From the NCBI GenBank assembly GCA_030390025.1, contig CM059432.1, positions 65,412,001 to 65,476,000 on the forward strand: a DNA stretch of 64,000 nucleotides, given 5' to 3'. Positions within the stretch are counted from its first letter, which is position 1. The number at the start of each line of letters is the position of its first letter. Source of the stretch: Squalus acanthias (taxonomy: Eukaryota). Below, piece after piece: positions 24,491-37,790 of the stretch. The notes under the pieces were generated by a model. It ran no database searches, was not told where the DNA came from, and saw only the letters and a list, made by a program, of their open reading frames with translations. The position numbers and the translations under genes are program-made.

Positions 24491-27400
24491 ATTAAGTATA
24501 GTACTTGCACATTGGGCAAATAGTGCAAATCCACCATAAAAGCAAAGTAATTTATCATTTATAACTTGAGTAAGAGATTTTGAGGAACTAAGAATAAAGT
24601 TGCTTGCATCTTAAACAAGTTTTATAAAGTGATAAATAAATAATATTACAAATACGGCATGTTGGTGCCAAAGCAATTCACCCAGTATATGCGTTGGATG
24701 GTTTATACTTCAAAGTGTTCTGTTTAAAGCTCGTTAATCTCCCCATCACTGCTATTAGTACAGTTCAATTTGCTGCAACATTTTTCAATTTGCAGAAAAA
24801 AAAATCAGTTTTGTAACACAACTAGCAAGGCCCATTGTTAATATGTAAATCAAAGAGGATTATGTTGCAAAAAAAATTAAACGTTGAATTAGATCTGTGG
24901 TCGGCAAATGGAACCATAGGTACCAAGTAAGGACTTATCTTGGGTCAGAATTAATTATGCACCAATTTTAGAGCCAAATAGGTTAATTGTTTAGTTCCAA
25001 GCTTTTCCTTTGGGTCATTTGGCCTTTCACTGCCATGAGCAGAACTAAAACTGTGATTGATGCTTCAGCCATAGACGTGACTAGTTAGCTGCACTGTCAA
25101 TCATAATGTTCTAAGCGCTGTTCAAGTCACTAAAACAATCAAAACACTTGGATCAGCATAAGAGGTATCATTATCAGATGTAACAGCTTGGGTCCAAGGA
25201 CTGTGTATTGCAGCTAGTTCAGTCATTTTCTATTTTTCTCCTGAGTTGGCTCTCCTTAGTATAAAGTGCCTCGTAGATGTATAAATTCCACTCCTCATGC
25301 CATCCACAATATTAAGGATAAACTTCCTGCAAACTTAACAGTGCAGTGGGTTCCTTCACCTCTGGGATCTGCTGTTTGTCTCCAGTACAGCATCATTACA
25401 TAGGGCATAAGTGTAATGAGTTTAAACAGTGTCAATAAAACCCTAATCCACAGCCAAATCTGGTCAGAATTTGACGTTTATAGGCATTAAATTGGCACTT
25501 TCACTTGAGGCCACAAAAGACACTGGTGTCAGATATGGACTGGTGCAGTTGGGGGTTGTGACGAATATTGCAGTTGAAATATAGTTTTGGAAATATAAAG
25601 GAAGCTTTATGCTGCATGCAACCATTCATTATTTAATCTAATGGTTGTTCACTGGATTTAAAAAGTAGGAAAAACTGCGCCAATCTCTGGAGCTAAAATC
25701 TTTCAGTTGAGAAGCAAAAAAATCCACCCTTCCCCCCCAAAAAAGGTTGAAAAACTAAATGTTAGGGATATAATTGTAAGATTATTCAATGCTACATGAA
25801 ATATGATATGCTTGTTTAAGAATGAACAATTCTCCATTAGTTGCATATTTTGCTTGCATTACATTTTTGTAGCACTCCCACCAAATATTATCAATTTACC
25901 TCAATTTTCAGTTATGTAAATACAGACTAAAGAATTGAGTATTACCCTCAACAATAAGTCAGTTCACACTATACTGTTTCTCAGGGTGCTCACTGTACGC
26001 AGAAGTAATGTCCAGAATTATTTCATTGGTCGTGTCTGAAGGATGAGGAACTTTCTGCTGATGACTGCTCCACGGTAGATGGATCATATTCAGCACAAGC
26101 GAATGGTGAGTTTTTCACCCAGGTAAATTGTCAAGAATCTTCAGTGAAAAACTAGGCATTGTACTCTATGCATTACCTGTGGACTTTGTTTATTCCACAA
26201 GTCCTTTTAAGTCATGAATTTTGCTTGGCTCCCAAAGGGCATAAGTTAGAAGGGGTGCACTGTAAATCTTAAATTGTAAGAAAAAGACTTTGACAATTTA
26301 AGAGCTATTTCAAACTTAACCATTAGAATAGGTATCAATTACCTCAATTAATCTCTAGAAATAGGTGTTCATTGTTCCAGCCAACTATGTAGGACTAGCA
26401 AGTTTTGATGAAGTTATTAAGCAGACTGAAGCTCAAGTCATGCAGTTTACAAATAGGGTAATTAGAGAGCTGGAAGTCTGAAAGATATGGATCGTGGGGG
26501 CTGGGAGATACGAGTTAAGTTGAAGGAAGATGTCTTGACAGTGCCTCTTGGTAAATGTGATTGTCAGCCCATAGCACTGATTGAAGTATAATTGCAAATA
26601 CAACCTTTGTGCTCTTCCTCTCTTTATCTTTGATTTATTGGATGCAGGCACATAAATATTCCCTTTTGGCTCAGACACAAAAAGTTGTTTCACTCAGTGC
26701 TCCTAAAATCACATTCCAAAGAACACCAACATTTTTATTTAATGGATTAAATGATGATTTTTTTTTAATGTTTGATGTTTTGCCCATTCCCCACTTTTCA
26801 TAGTTGTTATCTGCAAATTGGTTGTCACAGTACACTCTGGATATTGTTGTTCAATGGGATAAGGGTGAAAACTTAACACCCGTAATGCATTTGTCTTTCT
26901 CACACACACACAGAATTTCTCTATTGGAGCTGTAGCTCCCCAGTTTAGTTCCATTGGGTTGTCACGTGATGCAGCTTGTTATGCTGCAGTCTTTGTATTT
27001 TAGTTCCGCTGGAGGAGGGAAAACTAAAATTTCATAATGTATTTCTCTCTCTCACATCCAATTTGTTCAGAGCAGCTGAAAATCCCCAGCACCATTGTGA
27101 AATTTCCAACCCAGGATCCAAACACTAATGTAGGCCTATGTAAAGGAACCTTTTATAGGCATTTCTAAAATTATTTGGCTAATTTCAAGGGTAATTTTAT
27201 TGACTTTTAAAATGGAGTCATTTTTATATTTCATTATATTAAACTTTTTTATTTCTAGATGTATATGTTGACCTGAGTGAAGAAGGAAACTGTTGGATGA
27301 AAACATTGAAGAAACATTGAAGAATTCTGTTTCGTGGCTCATAGCTTGGAAAAAATTGTTGGATTCACTCCATTTTCTGTTGGTTACTCGTTCTACATTG

Positions 27401-27747
27401 GTAATTTTTGATTTAGCGTGTATTAGGATATTTGACTGGTAATGTAACAGATTAGCAGTTGTTTGACGCTTTCAGGTGTGAAGTTTCTGAGATCACACTT
27501 GCAGGTGTGATGCTTTTGAAAGGTGTGACATTACAAATGTGTGTTAGACAAGACTTTTAATTATATAATTATACATTTATATTTTAAATTGTCATGATTG
27601 GTGCTAAAGGCTTTTTGCATCAACTATTGGAAAGCCAAGTGGTTAATGTTATAACTCATGATGCGGAGATGCCGGTGTTGGACTGGGGTGGACAAAAATG
27701 AGAAGTCGCACAACACCAGGTTATAGTCCAACAGTTTTATTTGAAAT

Positions 27748-27782
27748 TACGAGCTTTCGGAGCTCTGCTCCTTCGTCAGGTA
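27748..27782 (-). ncRNA. Minimal hammerhead ribozyme motif
   Basis: UAC-CUGACGA-A-GGAGC(AGA)GCUCC-GAA-AGCU-C-GUA. Confidence 0.75.
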
Positions 27783-27793
27783 CAGTGAGGCTG

Positions 27794-27828
27794 TACCTGA
27801 TGAAGGAGCAGAGCTCCGAAAGCTCGTA
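27794..27828 (+). ncRNA. Minimal hammerhead ribozyme motif
   Basis: UAC-CUGAUGA-A-GGAGC(AGA)GCUCC-GAA-AGCU-C-GUA. Confidence 0.75.
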
Positions 27829-28984
27829 ATTTCAAATAAAACTGTTGGACTATAACCTGGTGTTGTGCGACTTCTCATCAATGTTATAACTACTACTAGA
27901 TAAGGAAAACAACTCCTATCTCTGAAGAGTCAAAAATTTGATATTCAAAGAAAGCCAGTTTCAAGCAACAGTGCAGTACATTGAGTATGAGTAACAATAC
28001 AGCATCTATTTTCTAATCATCTTTCTATGTGCATTTCAAACAGATTGGGAAATCTCAGTGCTCTGGCATAAAATTAAGAAATTAATATGGAGGAGTGTGA
28101 CAAGGAGTTAAACTATGAGAGTTGCACGCCCAGATGACAGTGATGTAATATGGGTATCCTTTGATCTTTGACCCATTTCAGGGTATATTTCTCATGGACA
28201 CAGATTTTCTCTCTTACAAGCATCATTCCTATTAGGAACAAGAGCAATTCAAACTATAGTGACTGTTATATTTTTGATAAGATTTTAAGTTTGATGAGTA
28301 ACAATGCACAGAAATTGCTGTTAATTATAGAATTACAGTGTAATAGCGCATAGTTTTTTCTACTAAAATACTGTTCATGTTGAATTAAGGTTACTTACTT
28401 TACTTCATTTAATTACAGAATGCAATATTAAGCCTTTGATGCTTACTGTTACAAACTGTTCTACTTAAATATTCAACCAGCAAAATAAAGCTGTGTTACA
28501 CTAAGTGCTTATGTGAGGAAATAGTTTCCTGGAAACCCATCCAAATTTAATTGAAGTAAACATTCTCCATATTACCATCTGGCGACAGCTGGAGTGACTT
28601 GAGCTCAATTCCAGATTTTCCTGACTTGTGCTGACAACCTTTTAGTGGTTGCAATGCTTAATTAGTCCTGGACCTCAGTGTTACACCAGAGAAGCAGAAG
28701 GTAAAGGCACAGGACAATGTCCTAGATTTGACAATTAAGATCTCTTTTCTGAAGAACTGCTTTCATTCACGAACGACAAAAATGCGACTCAAAATATAAA
28801 CCTATTAATCATGGAATGATACAGCACAGAAGGAGGCCATTCGGCCCATCGTTCTTGTGCCAGTATAATATTTTTTCTCCTGTAAGGATGAGAAACAGTA
28901 CCATTCAAACCTTTAGTTATACTTTTAGCATCAGTGCGATCCACAGGGGAAGAATGACTCCAGTCACTGTGTGTGGGGATATCA

Positions 28985-29541
28985 TGGTTGAGAAATTGGC
29001 TTTGTATTGAAAAATGGCGCTAAGTAGGTAGCAGGACTGGAATGGGCGCCGAAGCTGTGGCCAGAGGCTTGCTCCAAATTTTGCCTCAGGCTTCATTTCC
29101 ATAAAAGCGGTGAGCTGTTAGGCGTCCTGATGCAGCTTGTCAGTCGGGGCCTTCGCTAAAACGACTGGCTCAGTTGCTGAGCTGGCCCACAGGTACGGCG
29201 GGGGGAGGGCTGCAGGTGAAAGGGAGGAGGGCAATCCTGGGCCAACCGTACTGTTGTGGAGGCAGCTTTAGCACTCCCTGCACTTCCTGACTCCACATTA
29301 AGGCAAATAAACCAGCGGCCCCTTTGAGCACCATTGGTTAGGCCTCAGGAGATCCGGAAAAACTGAGCGGAGCATGCGGGGACCATGCTTCGTCGAGTTT
29401 TTGCCGAATTTGGGAGTGGGGTCCTAAAACAGGCTTTAGGCCCCGATTAGCATTTCAGGCGGGTACCCTTGACACTGGAAAGTTGCCGGCTTCCAATTTG
29501 GCAGCTGGTGCACATTGGCAGTGATCCCAAAATTCGTCCCC
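28985..29541. mobile_element. Degenerate Harbinger-type MITE
   Basis: Ends GGTTGAGAAATT / AAATTCGTCCCC; GC-rich island sharing AAACAGGC(T/C)TTAGGCCCC(C)GATT with 52495-52940. Confidence 0.55.
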
Positions 29542-30139
29542 AAAGCAAACATTTAGTGCTGAGAAATCGTGTGCGATGCGGGCTTTTTCACTGCCCGCAT
29601 GTTTTTAATGTTTGTTAGAAGTATCAGACAGAGGAAATCTGCACAAATTTGTTTACATCATGGCTACACATCATGACAAGAAGAAATCTGACCCTCCCCC
29701 TCCTTTTACTGGTCCTAAAAGAAAAATTCCTAATTTGTAATTTTAAAGCTGATACAAATGATTTTGTGCCAATGTTTCATTTAATGATAAAGTGTCCCAG
29801 ATAATGGGCCAGAGAATTTAAACAGGAGACTTAAAAATATAAATGACATTTTTGTTCAGAATCTGAAAACGCAAATTTGAAAAGAAAAATACAGGGAAAT
29901 TGACCTTCAATTTAAAAGCTGTGAACCCAGAGAATATGCTCCATGCAGCGAACAAAATGGGAGCCGCAGCATCTGTTTGAGTTGAAAGCTGCATTCTGGT
30001 AATCTAATTGCCTGCAATGGTTGCATCCCCAAAACTGTGCAAAAATCATCTCTGGTGTATGACAGAACAAGTAGGAATATTAAGTGCGTCCTTATATTTA
30101 GGTGAACAAATAAAAATAAGCTTTGAATTAAATAAAAAG

Positions 30140-30327
30140 AAAAGAAAGTGAATGCTGGAAATCTGAAATAAAGGCAGAAAATGCTGGACAGGCACAGCAA
30201 GTCTGTCAACATCTGCTAGAGAAACCAGGTTAATATATTGGGTGGAGCCCTTCATCAGAAATGTTGATCTCTAGTTCTCTTTCAGATGCTGACTGACCAG
30301 TACACTACCAGCGTTTTCTACATTTAT
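30140..30327. mobile_element. Old inverted Penelope-like pLTR fragment with decayed hammerhead
   Basis: Left arm resembles 2740-2840 (minus strand CTGATGAAGGG..CCC, GAAA lost); right arm GAAATGTTGATCT...CAGATGCTGACTGACC is the inverted copy. Confidence 0.6.
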
Positions 30328-30447
30328 AAAGTAGAAAGTCTAAAGCATTATTTTTACAACATATGTAAGTGCACAACAAAGGTGGTGACATTTTCAGAGT
30401 TAGTGAAAGCAAACAGTTCTTCAGAAAAGAGATCTTAAATTTTACAC

Positions 30448-30990
30448 GGGCAGCTTTTAACTATCGGCTGGCGGAGAGCATGGACCGGCTGCCCGATCCC
30501 TCTGGCGGGAGGCCCGGTTCATTTTGAGGGTGGGGCCTCATTAACAGACCACCAGCGAGCTGCACGCTCCAGGCTGGCACAATATCAGCCGGCCCACAGT
30601 CTGACGCCACCACCAGGAAGGTAGATCCAGGAAGGGCCTAGATCATCAGGGTGGGCGGGAACGGGGTAGGGAAAGCTTGGGGTGAGAGCGGCCCACATTA
30701 TTCTTGCGGCACTCAGAGGAGCATAAAATAGCCTTAGACTTACATTTCTGGGGCCTCTTCCTCTTGACCGCATGTCAGCACACACCCCACCCAGTAGGTA
30801 CTCAAAACTGCATTGGAATCTGATGTACATCCTGGGATTCCTATAGGCATAGATTAGTTCACCTCCTGTCTGAATCAGTTAGATGCCTGAGCAATCCAGC
30901 AGAAGGCCCCAGGAAATACAATGGCGGAGTGGGAACAGGCAGCAAGTTAACCACCTCTTTCCGCTGGACAGAGAGAGTTCAAATCTTCCC
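30448..30990. mobile_element. Degenerate Harbinger-type MITE
   Basis: Ends GGGCAGCTTTTAAC / GTTCAAATCTTCCC; GC-rich interior. Confidence 0.55.
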
Positions 30991-31149
30991 TATAGTGTCA
31001 AAGTGCATGTACAACTTAGTTTTATTCTTATTTTATATGCCTCTCATGACTGAATGGAGAAATATACTGTATGGTGTGGTACTAAGTCTTACAGAGCAGG
31101 AAAGTCCCACGGTCACTTCACGGCCAATGCGAAGTAAAATAATCTCACC

Positions 31150-31420
31150 ACGTTCTGGCAATGGATGTGTGTAATTGAGCTTAGCTTGCACAGGCAATAG
31201 AGGGAATAATTGGTCAGAGTGGCCACTTCTAATCAATATTCAGAGAATCTTGCTGGAGCTACACGTGAGTGGATATTGGATGAGGACAGAATCAAATTTG
31301 ACTGTGATGCGCCCCCAGTCAGATAGCCTGCCAACACTCACACGGCCCAGGAGCTCACATAAAGAATAGCCACTTATAATAAAGAATTATTAAAGAATAG
31401 CCACTTATTTACCTCTGGAG
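31150..31420 (+). mobile_element. Ancient SINE-like repeat (also at 44745-45100 minus and 60185-60540 plus)
   Basis: Ordered motifs shared between the three loci in pairs or all three: CTATCCAG/TATTCAG, GCTGGA, CTGTGATGC, GCCTGCCAACACTCA, AAGAAT(A/G)GCCA. Confidence 0.55.
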
Positions 31421-32589
31421 CATCACCTCAGCATGAATCAGAGCAATAAATAAATAATTAAATAACATGTTGACAAATCAAAATATTTTGCAGAGTTTGT
31501 GATATGTATCATCAAAAGTTACTTAGTCACATTTCCTTGCCTTTGGCAGAGCTGTAACTTTGCCAAAACTAATGATGTTTCATGACCATTTAAGGTACAC
31601 TCAATTGTTTTGAGTTCAGAAAGTATCTACCAAGCTGATTATTCCATCCCCGCCCCACATCAATGGTAGAGAACTAAAGGTTGGGAAAGAGAAGAGACAA
31701 AACACACTGTAGATCATTGTTTGTAATGGTCTGTCAACAGCTTGCTCTACCACACTGGCAGGGATCATTATAGGAATAAGTACAGCTAAAAGCTGGATTT
31801 ACCATTCACTAATTAATCTATCAGCACATAGAAAATTATGGGAACAGGAAAAGGCCATTTCATCCTGACATATTTTTGTTGTTCTTACCCTTACCTTCCC
31901 AAATTCTTACCATACCTCTCAATCCCCTCTTTTACCAGAAACATATCTGCTTGTCCCTTCAACCCATTTATACTAATTGCCTTCCCAATCTATTCCATAG
32001 GAATTTATTCCAATATGTATATTACCCATTGTATTTAATTATCCTATCTAAATATCCAATTTACTCCTAATTTCCTATATTTTTAAAGTTTTTGAGCCTT
32101 CACCCAAAATTCATAAGATATTTTATAGACTAGCTGATCTCTCACAGCAATGCTTATGATAGTCTGGGTCTGGAATGTAGTTGTGATGTTTAGTAAGGTT
32201 GTTATTCTGACTCAGGAATTTAGCACAGCAGGCGAGGCCATGTATAGACTTTTAAAACTAAAACCTCAAAAGGAATATGGGCTTGTTCTGGGTTTCTTTC
32301 AGGTAACTATTAACTTTAAAACAAACTCAGATAACTACCAGTACAGTGAATGAAAGTCCTAGCTTATTTAGTGCAGTTTCACACATAGTTCCACACAATC
32401 TGTATTCTAATTACCATCTAGAATGCTCCATAGACCCTCAAAGCAGAGATGTGCCCTTAAAGCACCATATCGTTGACCACAATCTGGCAATTCATAGAGC
32501 ATGCCTGTTTGTAAATGCCTTGTACCCCAATTTGAACAGAAGATAGCATCCTGAAGCTGCATTCTGGGATGATATACTCCATCAGAGTG

Positions 32590-34542
32590 ATCCTTGTGGT
32601 GTTTCACAAAATGCCACATAATAGGCTTGCCAGCAAAGTTGAAGCCCATGGAATAAAAGGGACAGTAGCAGTGTGGATACAGAATTGGCTAAGTGACAGG
32701 AAACAGAGAGTAGTGGTGAACAGTTGTTTTTTGGACTGGTGGAAGGTATATAGTGGTGTTCCCCAGGGTTCGGTTCTAGTACCACTGCTTTTCTTGATAT
32801 ATATTAATGACTTGGACTTGGGTGTACAGGGCACAATTTCAAAATTTGCAGATGACACAAAACTTGGAAGTATAGTGCACAGTGAGGAGGAGAATGATAG
32901 ACTTCAAGAAGGCATAGACAGGCTGGTGAAATGTGTGGACATGTGGCAGATGAAATTTAATGCAAAAAAATGTGTGAAGTGATACATTTGGGTAGAAAGA
33001 ATGAGGAGAGGACACATAAACTAAATGGTACAATCCTGAAGGGGGTGCACAAACAGAGACCTGGGGGGTATGTGTGCACAAATCATTGAAGGTGGCAGGG
33101 CAGGTTGAGAAAGTAATTAAAAAGGCTTACGGGATCCTGGGCTTCATGAATAGAGGAATAGGGCTGGATTTTGAATGACCCATGGAGTCGGGTTTGGAGG
33201 CGTGTGGGGGGTTAAATTTGCGGGGTCGGGGTTTCCGACCCCATCCCGACTCCATCCCGCCTCCACGCAATTTTGACAAAATCAGTCGCGGGGTTCCCAA
33301 CTCTCTCCCGCCTCTTGGAGGCGGGAGAGGCCATTAAAGCCCTTAACAAGCCCTAAATTGGGTCTGTAATGCTATTTTGAAACGTTGTAGCTAGTTTAAC
33401 CCTTTTCTGACGTGAAGCACGCCTGGTGTGAAACACTCCAGTGAAACCTGGCAGGAGCACAAATGAATAGCTGACTATCGGCTGCAAGTCCACTGTTACA
33501 ACGGAGATGTGATGAAGGTAGTAGTAGTATTAGGTGTGAAAGTCGCCTCTGATACTGTTACATTCAATGTCATGGCATTTGGTGTAAGAGGACTTAGATG
33601 CAAAAAATTCTCTCTCTCTCTCTGTCTGTCTCTCTCTCTCTGTCTCTGTCTCTCTCTCTCTTGCATCCAGGTCCACTCACATCAGAAGCAATGCAGACAG
33701 GTCCTCTCTCACCAGTAGCCAGACAATCTCTGAGAGCAGGCAGTCAGCAATGATGACATCATCAGAGGCGGGTTTCAGACTGAAACCACTAATTAGTTCA
33801 TGGGTTCCCACATGCTGCAACTCAATTGCCCAATTAAGTGAAAATTGCATCAGGCATCCACATTAATCTGGAGTCGGGGGGGAAACACGAAATGCGGATT
33901 ACACGACCCCAACCTGACCCCAAGACAAAATCCAGCCCATAGAGTACAAAAGTGTGGAAATTATGATGAACCTGTATAAAACACTTGTTCGGCCCCAACT
34001 GGAGTACTGTATCCAATTCTGGGCACCACACTTTAGGAAGGATGTGAAGGCCTTAGAAAAGATTTATGAGAATGATTCCAGGAATGAGTGACTTCAGTTA
34101 CATTGATAGACTGGAGAAGCTGGGGTTGTTCTCCTTGGAGCAGGAAAGATTGAGAGGAGATCTGATAGAGGTGTTCAAAATCATGAGGTGTCTGGACAGA
34201 GTAGATAGAGAGAAACTGTTCCCATTGACAGAAGGGTTGAGAACCGGAGGACACAGATTTAAGGTGATTGGCAAAAGAACCAAAGGCGACGTAAGAAAAA
34301 ACCTTTTTACGCAGCGAGTGGTTAAGATCTGGAATGCACTGCCTGAAAGGGTGGTAGAGGCAGATTCAATCACGGCTTTGAAAAGGGAGTTGGATAATTA
34401 TCTGAAGGAAATACATTTGCAGGGCTACAAGGAAAGGGCGGGGGAGTGGGACTAGCTGAAGTGCTCTTGCAGAGAGCCGGCACGGGCTCAACAGTCCGAA
34501 TGGCCTTCTTCCTTGCTGTAACCATTCTATGATTCTATGATT
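32590..34542 (+). mobile_element. CR1 LINE RT to 3' end, split by a MITE
   Basis: VPQGSVLVPLLFLIYINDL, KFADDTK, RGDLIEVFKIM; tail CATTCTATGATTCTATGATT. Confidence 0.93.
33161..33938. mobile_element. Harbinger-type MITE inside CR1
   Basis: Perfect 13-bp TIR GGGCTGGATTTTG; TSD ATA; removal restores CR1 codons RGIEYK. Contains (CT)n at 33609-33660. Confidence 0.92.
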
Positions 34543-34680
34543 GTGCAGCCTGGAAGTTGCTGTCTATCAGCATTTTGGGAGATGTACTGCACCAAATGAC
34601 AATCACAGTCTGACATTGGTACATGCTGGGAGTTGTACTGAGCAACCTGATTGAGTCTGCACTGATGTCGATGACATAAT

Positions 34681-35411
34681 GGGCCAGATATTCCGATCCC
34701 TACGGGTGTGTACGCGCTGTGTACCCACCTGTAGGGACATCGGAAATGCCGGTTTCAGGCATGTGCTGGAAACCGGCATTTCCGATCTGTCAAGAATGGT
34801 CTTGACAGATCCTCCGGCTGCCCTGGAGCAGGGCCTCTGCGGGAGGATAGTTCCGCTTTTTGGAGACCCTCCACCCGCAGAAAACCCTTACAATTCAGGC
34901 GTAAGGCCTGCTTTTACCAGGATAAGAGTTGAAAAAAGTTTTTTTTTTTAAATTTCCACTGATTTATCCTTTAAAAATACTTTAAAAAAAGTACGTTTAT
35001 TTTTAGCCTCGTAAAAAACTTTAATTATTTTTTTGAAAAATGTGAAGTTTTGTTTAAAATAGTTAATTTATTGTACTTTCAAGTCATTTTAAAAATGTGA
35101 TTTAAAAAAAAAAATGTATTTAAAGTTTTACTATGTTTTGGGGGTGATCTCTATTCATATATTTGACAGGTCTTCCTGTCAAATGTATGAAGGGAGATTC
35201 CATTCTTTGATTGGCTCCCCATGGCCCACGTGATTCCAGGGACGCTGCGAACCGCCTGCGCCTCTGGGATACGTGGGCCCTGCACACCGGCAGTTTGGAG
35301 AGGCCCAGCATCGGAACTCTGCGCCTCCCGGGAGCCCTCAGGTCAGGGCGCAGATTTTTACAGATCGCAGTCCTCCGCCCACGGGAAGCCTGCGATTGGA
35401 ATATCTGGGCC
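34681..35411. mobile_element. Harbinger-type MITE family D, copy 1
   Basis: TIRs GGGCCAGATATTCC / GGAATATCTGGGCC; TSD AAT; highly similar to 56983-57705. Confidence 0.9.
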
Positions 35412-36510
35412 AATACGGGAAAAATCTGTAACAAATCTAAATGGGTTACTTATTTTTGACTTGGAGCCAGAAATCTACGCTCAGTGACAGTCGCCCACCG
35501 ATTGACCTCGGAGTTTACAAGTAGCAATAATTACTTGGATTTGTCTATTTCGACCACTTGCCCACAGAAAGTAATTCACAGTGTCCTTAAGGGACAGGCC
35601 AGATTAGCAATCTGACATCACAACCCTGCTGCAGACCCTAGACTACCTTTGAGCCATACCTTGGGAAATCTGATAGTATTTCATAAAAGCCAATTAACAG
35701 AAAAACTTTGGTTGAAAATTTCCTGTGACAGGTACACTGTTTTCACTGCATCATATATTCTTGCAAATCGGTATTATTTACTTTAATAATTGACTTGGCG
35801 TCCCATTTCTTCTTGGAATCTACTAAGGTTCCATTGGCCTCTACATTGATCTGGCCCTGTCATTGTGCTGTGTTCAATCCATTGATCATAAACCTTCCAC
35901 ATTAGACTTAAATGTCACTTCTGTTGCCAAATTCCATTGATGTAATCTATTCATTTTAAGTCTGGATCGTCTTAAAGGTTTCCCATAAATATCAATAACT
36001 CAAATTCGGGAACAATCTAATGTAGAATTATATTTTAACATCTTTTTCAGCGGAAAAAAATTCTTCAGCCTCACTAAATTGTTGTAAGGTGCCTTAGGAA
36101 CTGATTCTGATGTCTCCTCTAACAATGCATCTAGCGTGTCTCACTGCCTTAAATGTGAATACTAGCTCCACTTCATTAACTTGTCATTAATTGGTCAGTG
36201 AAAATCATTTCTCTTTGTTTTTTAATTATTAAGCAGGCATCTTCTGGATGAGTCAGCATGAATGATATTAAAAGTATATAAAAATATTTTAAAAATATAA
36301 CAATATAATAGAGTTAGGAATTTGTTACAAGAGATCTAGCAGATTCAAACTTCGAGCAGCCCCCAAAAGATGATCCTGTTTACACAAAACAAAAACTACT
36401 GAAAAGGTAGAAAGGGGTTTCTTGAGTGTGCATCTCAATGAATATACATGTTTTGAAAGTAAGACATTTCTTGTTTATGTATCTTACAGTGTACAAATGT
36501 ATATATCCAG

Positions 36511-37790
36511 GAACAACAACAACTTCCATTTATATAGCGACTTTAACGCAGTAAAATGCCCCAAGGTTGGGATTTCGTAAGTGCAGTTGTAAGAGAGTTG
36601 GGAGAGAGTTTTTTCCAGGGACGGACACAGATGGAAGTAAGTTTGGTGGGGTGGGGGGGGGGTGCGGGAAGGGGGATGTGGGTGCAAAGCGATACAAGGA
36701 AGTGGTCAGAGATGGCCTTATCTGCGATTGACACGGTGGGAGTAGCGAGGCCACGAGAGATGGGTGGTCGTGAATATGGGTTGGAGAGTTTACATGAAGG
36801 GAGAGATTAAGGGAGGATAGAAGGGTAGTGAACTCAGAGGAGAGAGAGCATGATGAAGTGAGATGGAGGTTGAAATCACCAAGGATGAGAAGTCACTCGG
36901 TGCAGAGGCTGAGGGAGGAAACCAGTGAAGATATCTCGGTGATAACATTTTTATGGTACTTGGATGGGCAGTCGAGAATGAGAATTTTAAATGAGAGGTG
37001 AGAGGGGTGAAACAAGGTGAGATGCTCAGAAGAGGAGAAAGTTCCAGAGGAGTAGGGGGGCAGACCAAGATGTGATTTGGTGATGAGAGCCACACCGCCA
37101 CCACGGCGGTCTGGACGGGGCAAGTGGCGGAAGGTATAGCCAGGTGGGGAGGCTTCATTTAAGGGTAAGGTGTTATCACCCCTCAGTTTCCGTCAGGACC
37201 ATGATGTCGATGCAATAATCCACGATAAGCTCATGGATGGCAAGGGCCTTGTTAGCAAGTGAGCGGACATTCTGGAGGGAGATGCGGAGAGGGTCGGTGA
37301 TAGCTGATCCACTGCCAGCGTCCACAGGGTCAGCGCTGGGAGGGGTGAGTTGGACGGGGAGGAGATTGCAAAATATTAACCACCAGTGGATGCACTGGGC
37401 AGGAAGGTTGGCAAGCGAGTAGGATGGGACAGTTAGGGTTGCTGCTCGTGAGGAGGCAGCGACGAGTGCCACAGTGGGCCCTTTGGAGGATGCCAAGAGA
37501 GGAACAGAGGGAAGCTGTAGGCTTATCTAAGAGGGAGTCAAGCCTGGGATGGCGGTAGGAGAGTAAGAAGGTCGAAGAGTAACAAAGGGTTGGGGTAGGG
37601 ATTAGGGAGGGCAGAATGTCCGAGAGAGGAGAGATGAAAGGAGGCATGACGACAGGAGAGAGCGGTCAGGGAGGGATAGAGAGAAAAGGAAAAGGGGGAG
37701 AAAAAAGTGGAACTAGAAGTGAACGGCTCAGGTCCAGAGTGGCAGCCAAAATGCACACGTGAATGGACTCAGGGAAAAACTCAAGTTACA
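36511..37790 (-). mobile_element. L2 LINE 5' region with AP endonuclease, joined directly to the 3' tail
   Basis: LQNVRSLANKA...DIMVLTET, RRGGGVALI, GDFN and SDH motifs; L2 tail at 36511-36566. Confidence 0.85.

Larger units (their letters stand above)
27657..27879. mobile_element. Penelope-like pLTR mini-insertion as an inverted repeat
   Basis: 88-bp arms 27698-27785 and 27791-27878 (1 mismatch), 5-nt loop, 12-bp TSD AATGTTATAACT. Confidence 0.85.

Noticed and set aside
33609..33660. (CT)n tracts here and at 59913-59931
   Set aside because: Ordinary microsatellites.
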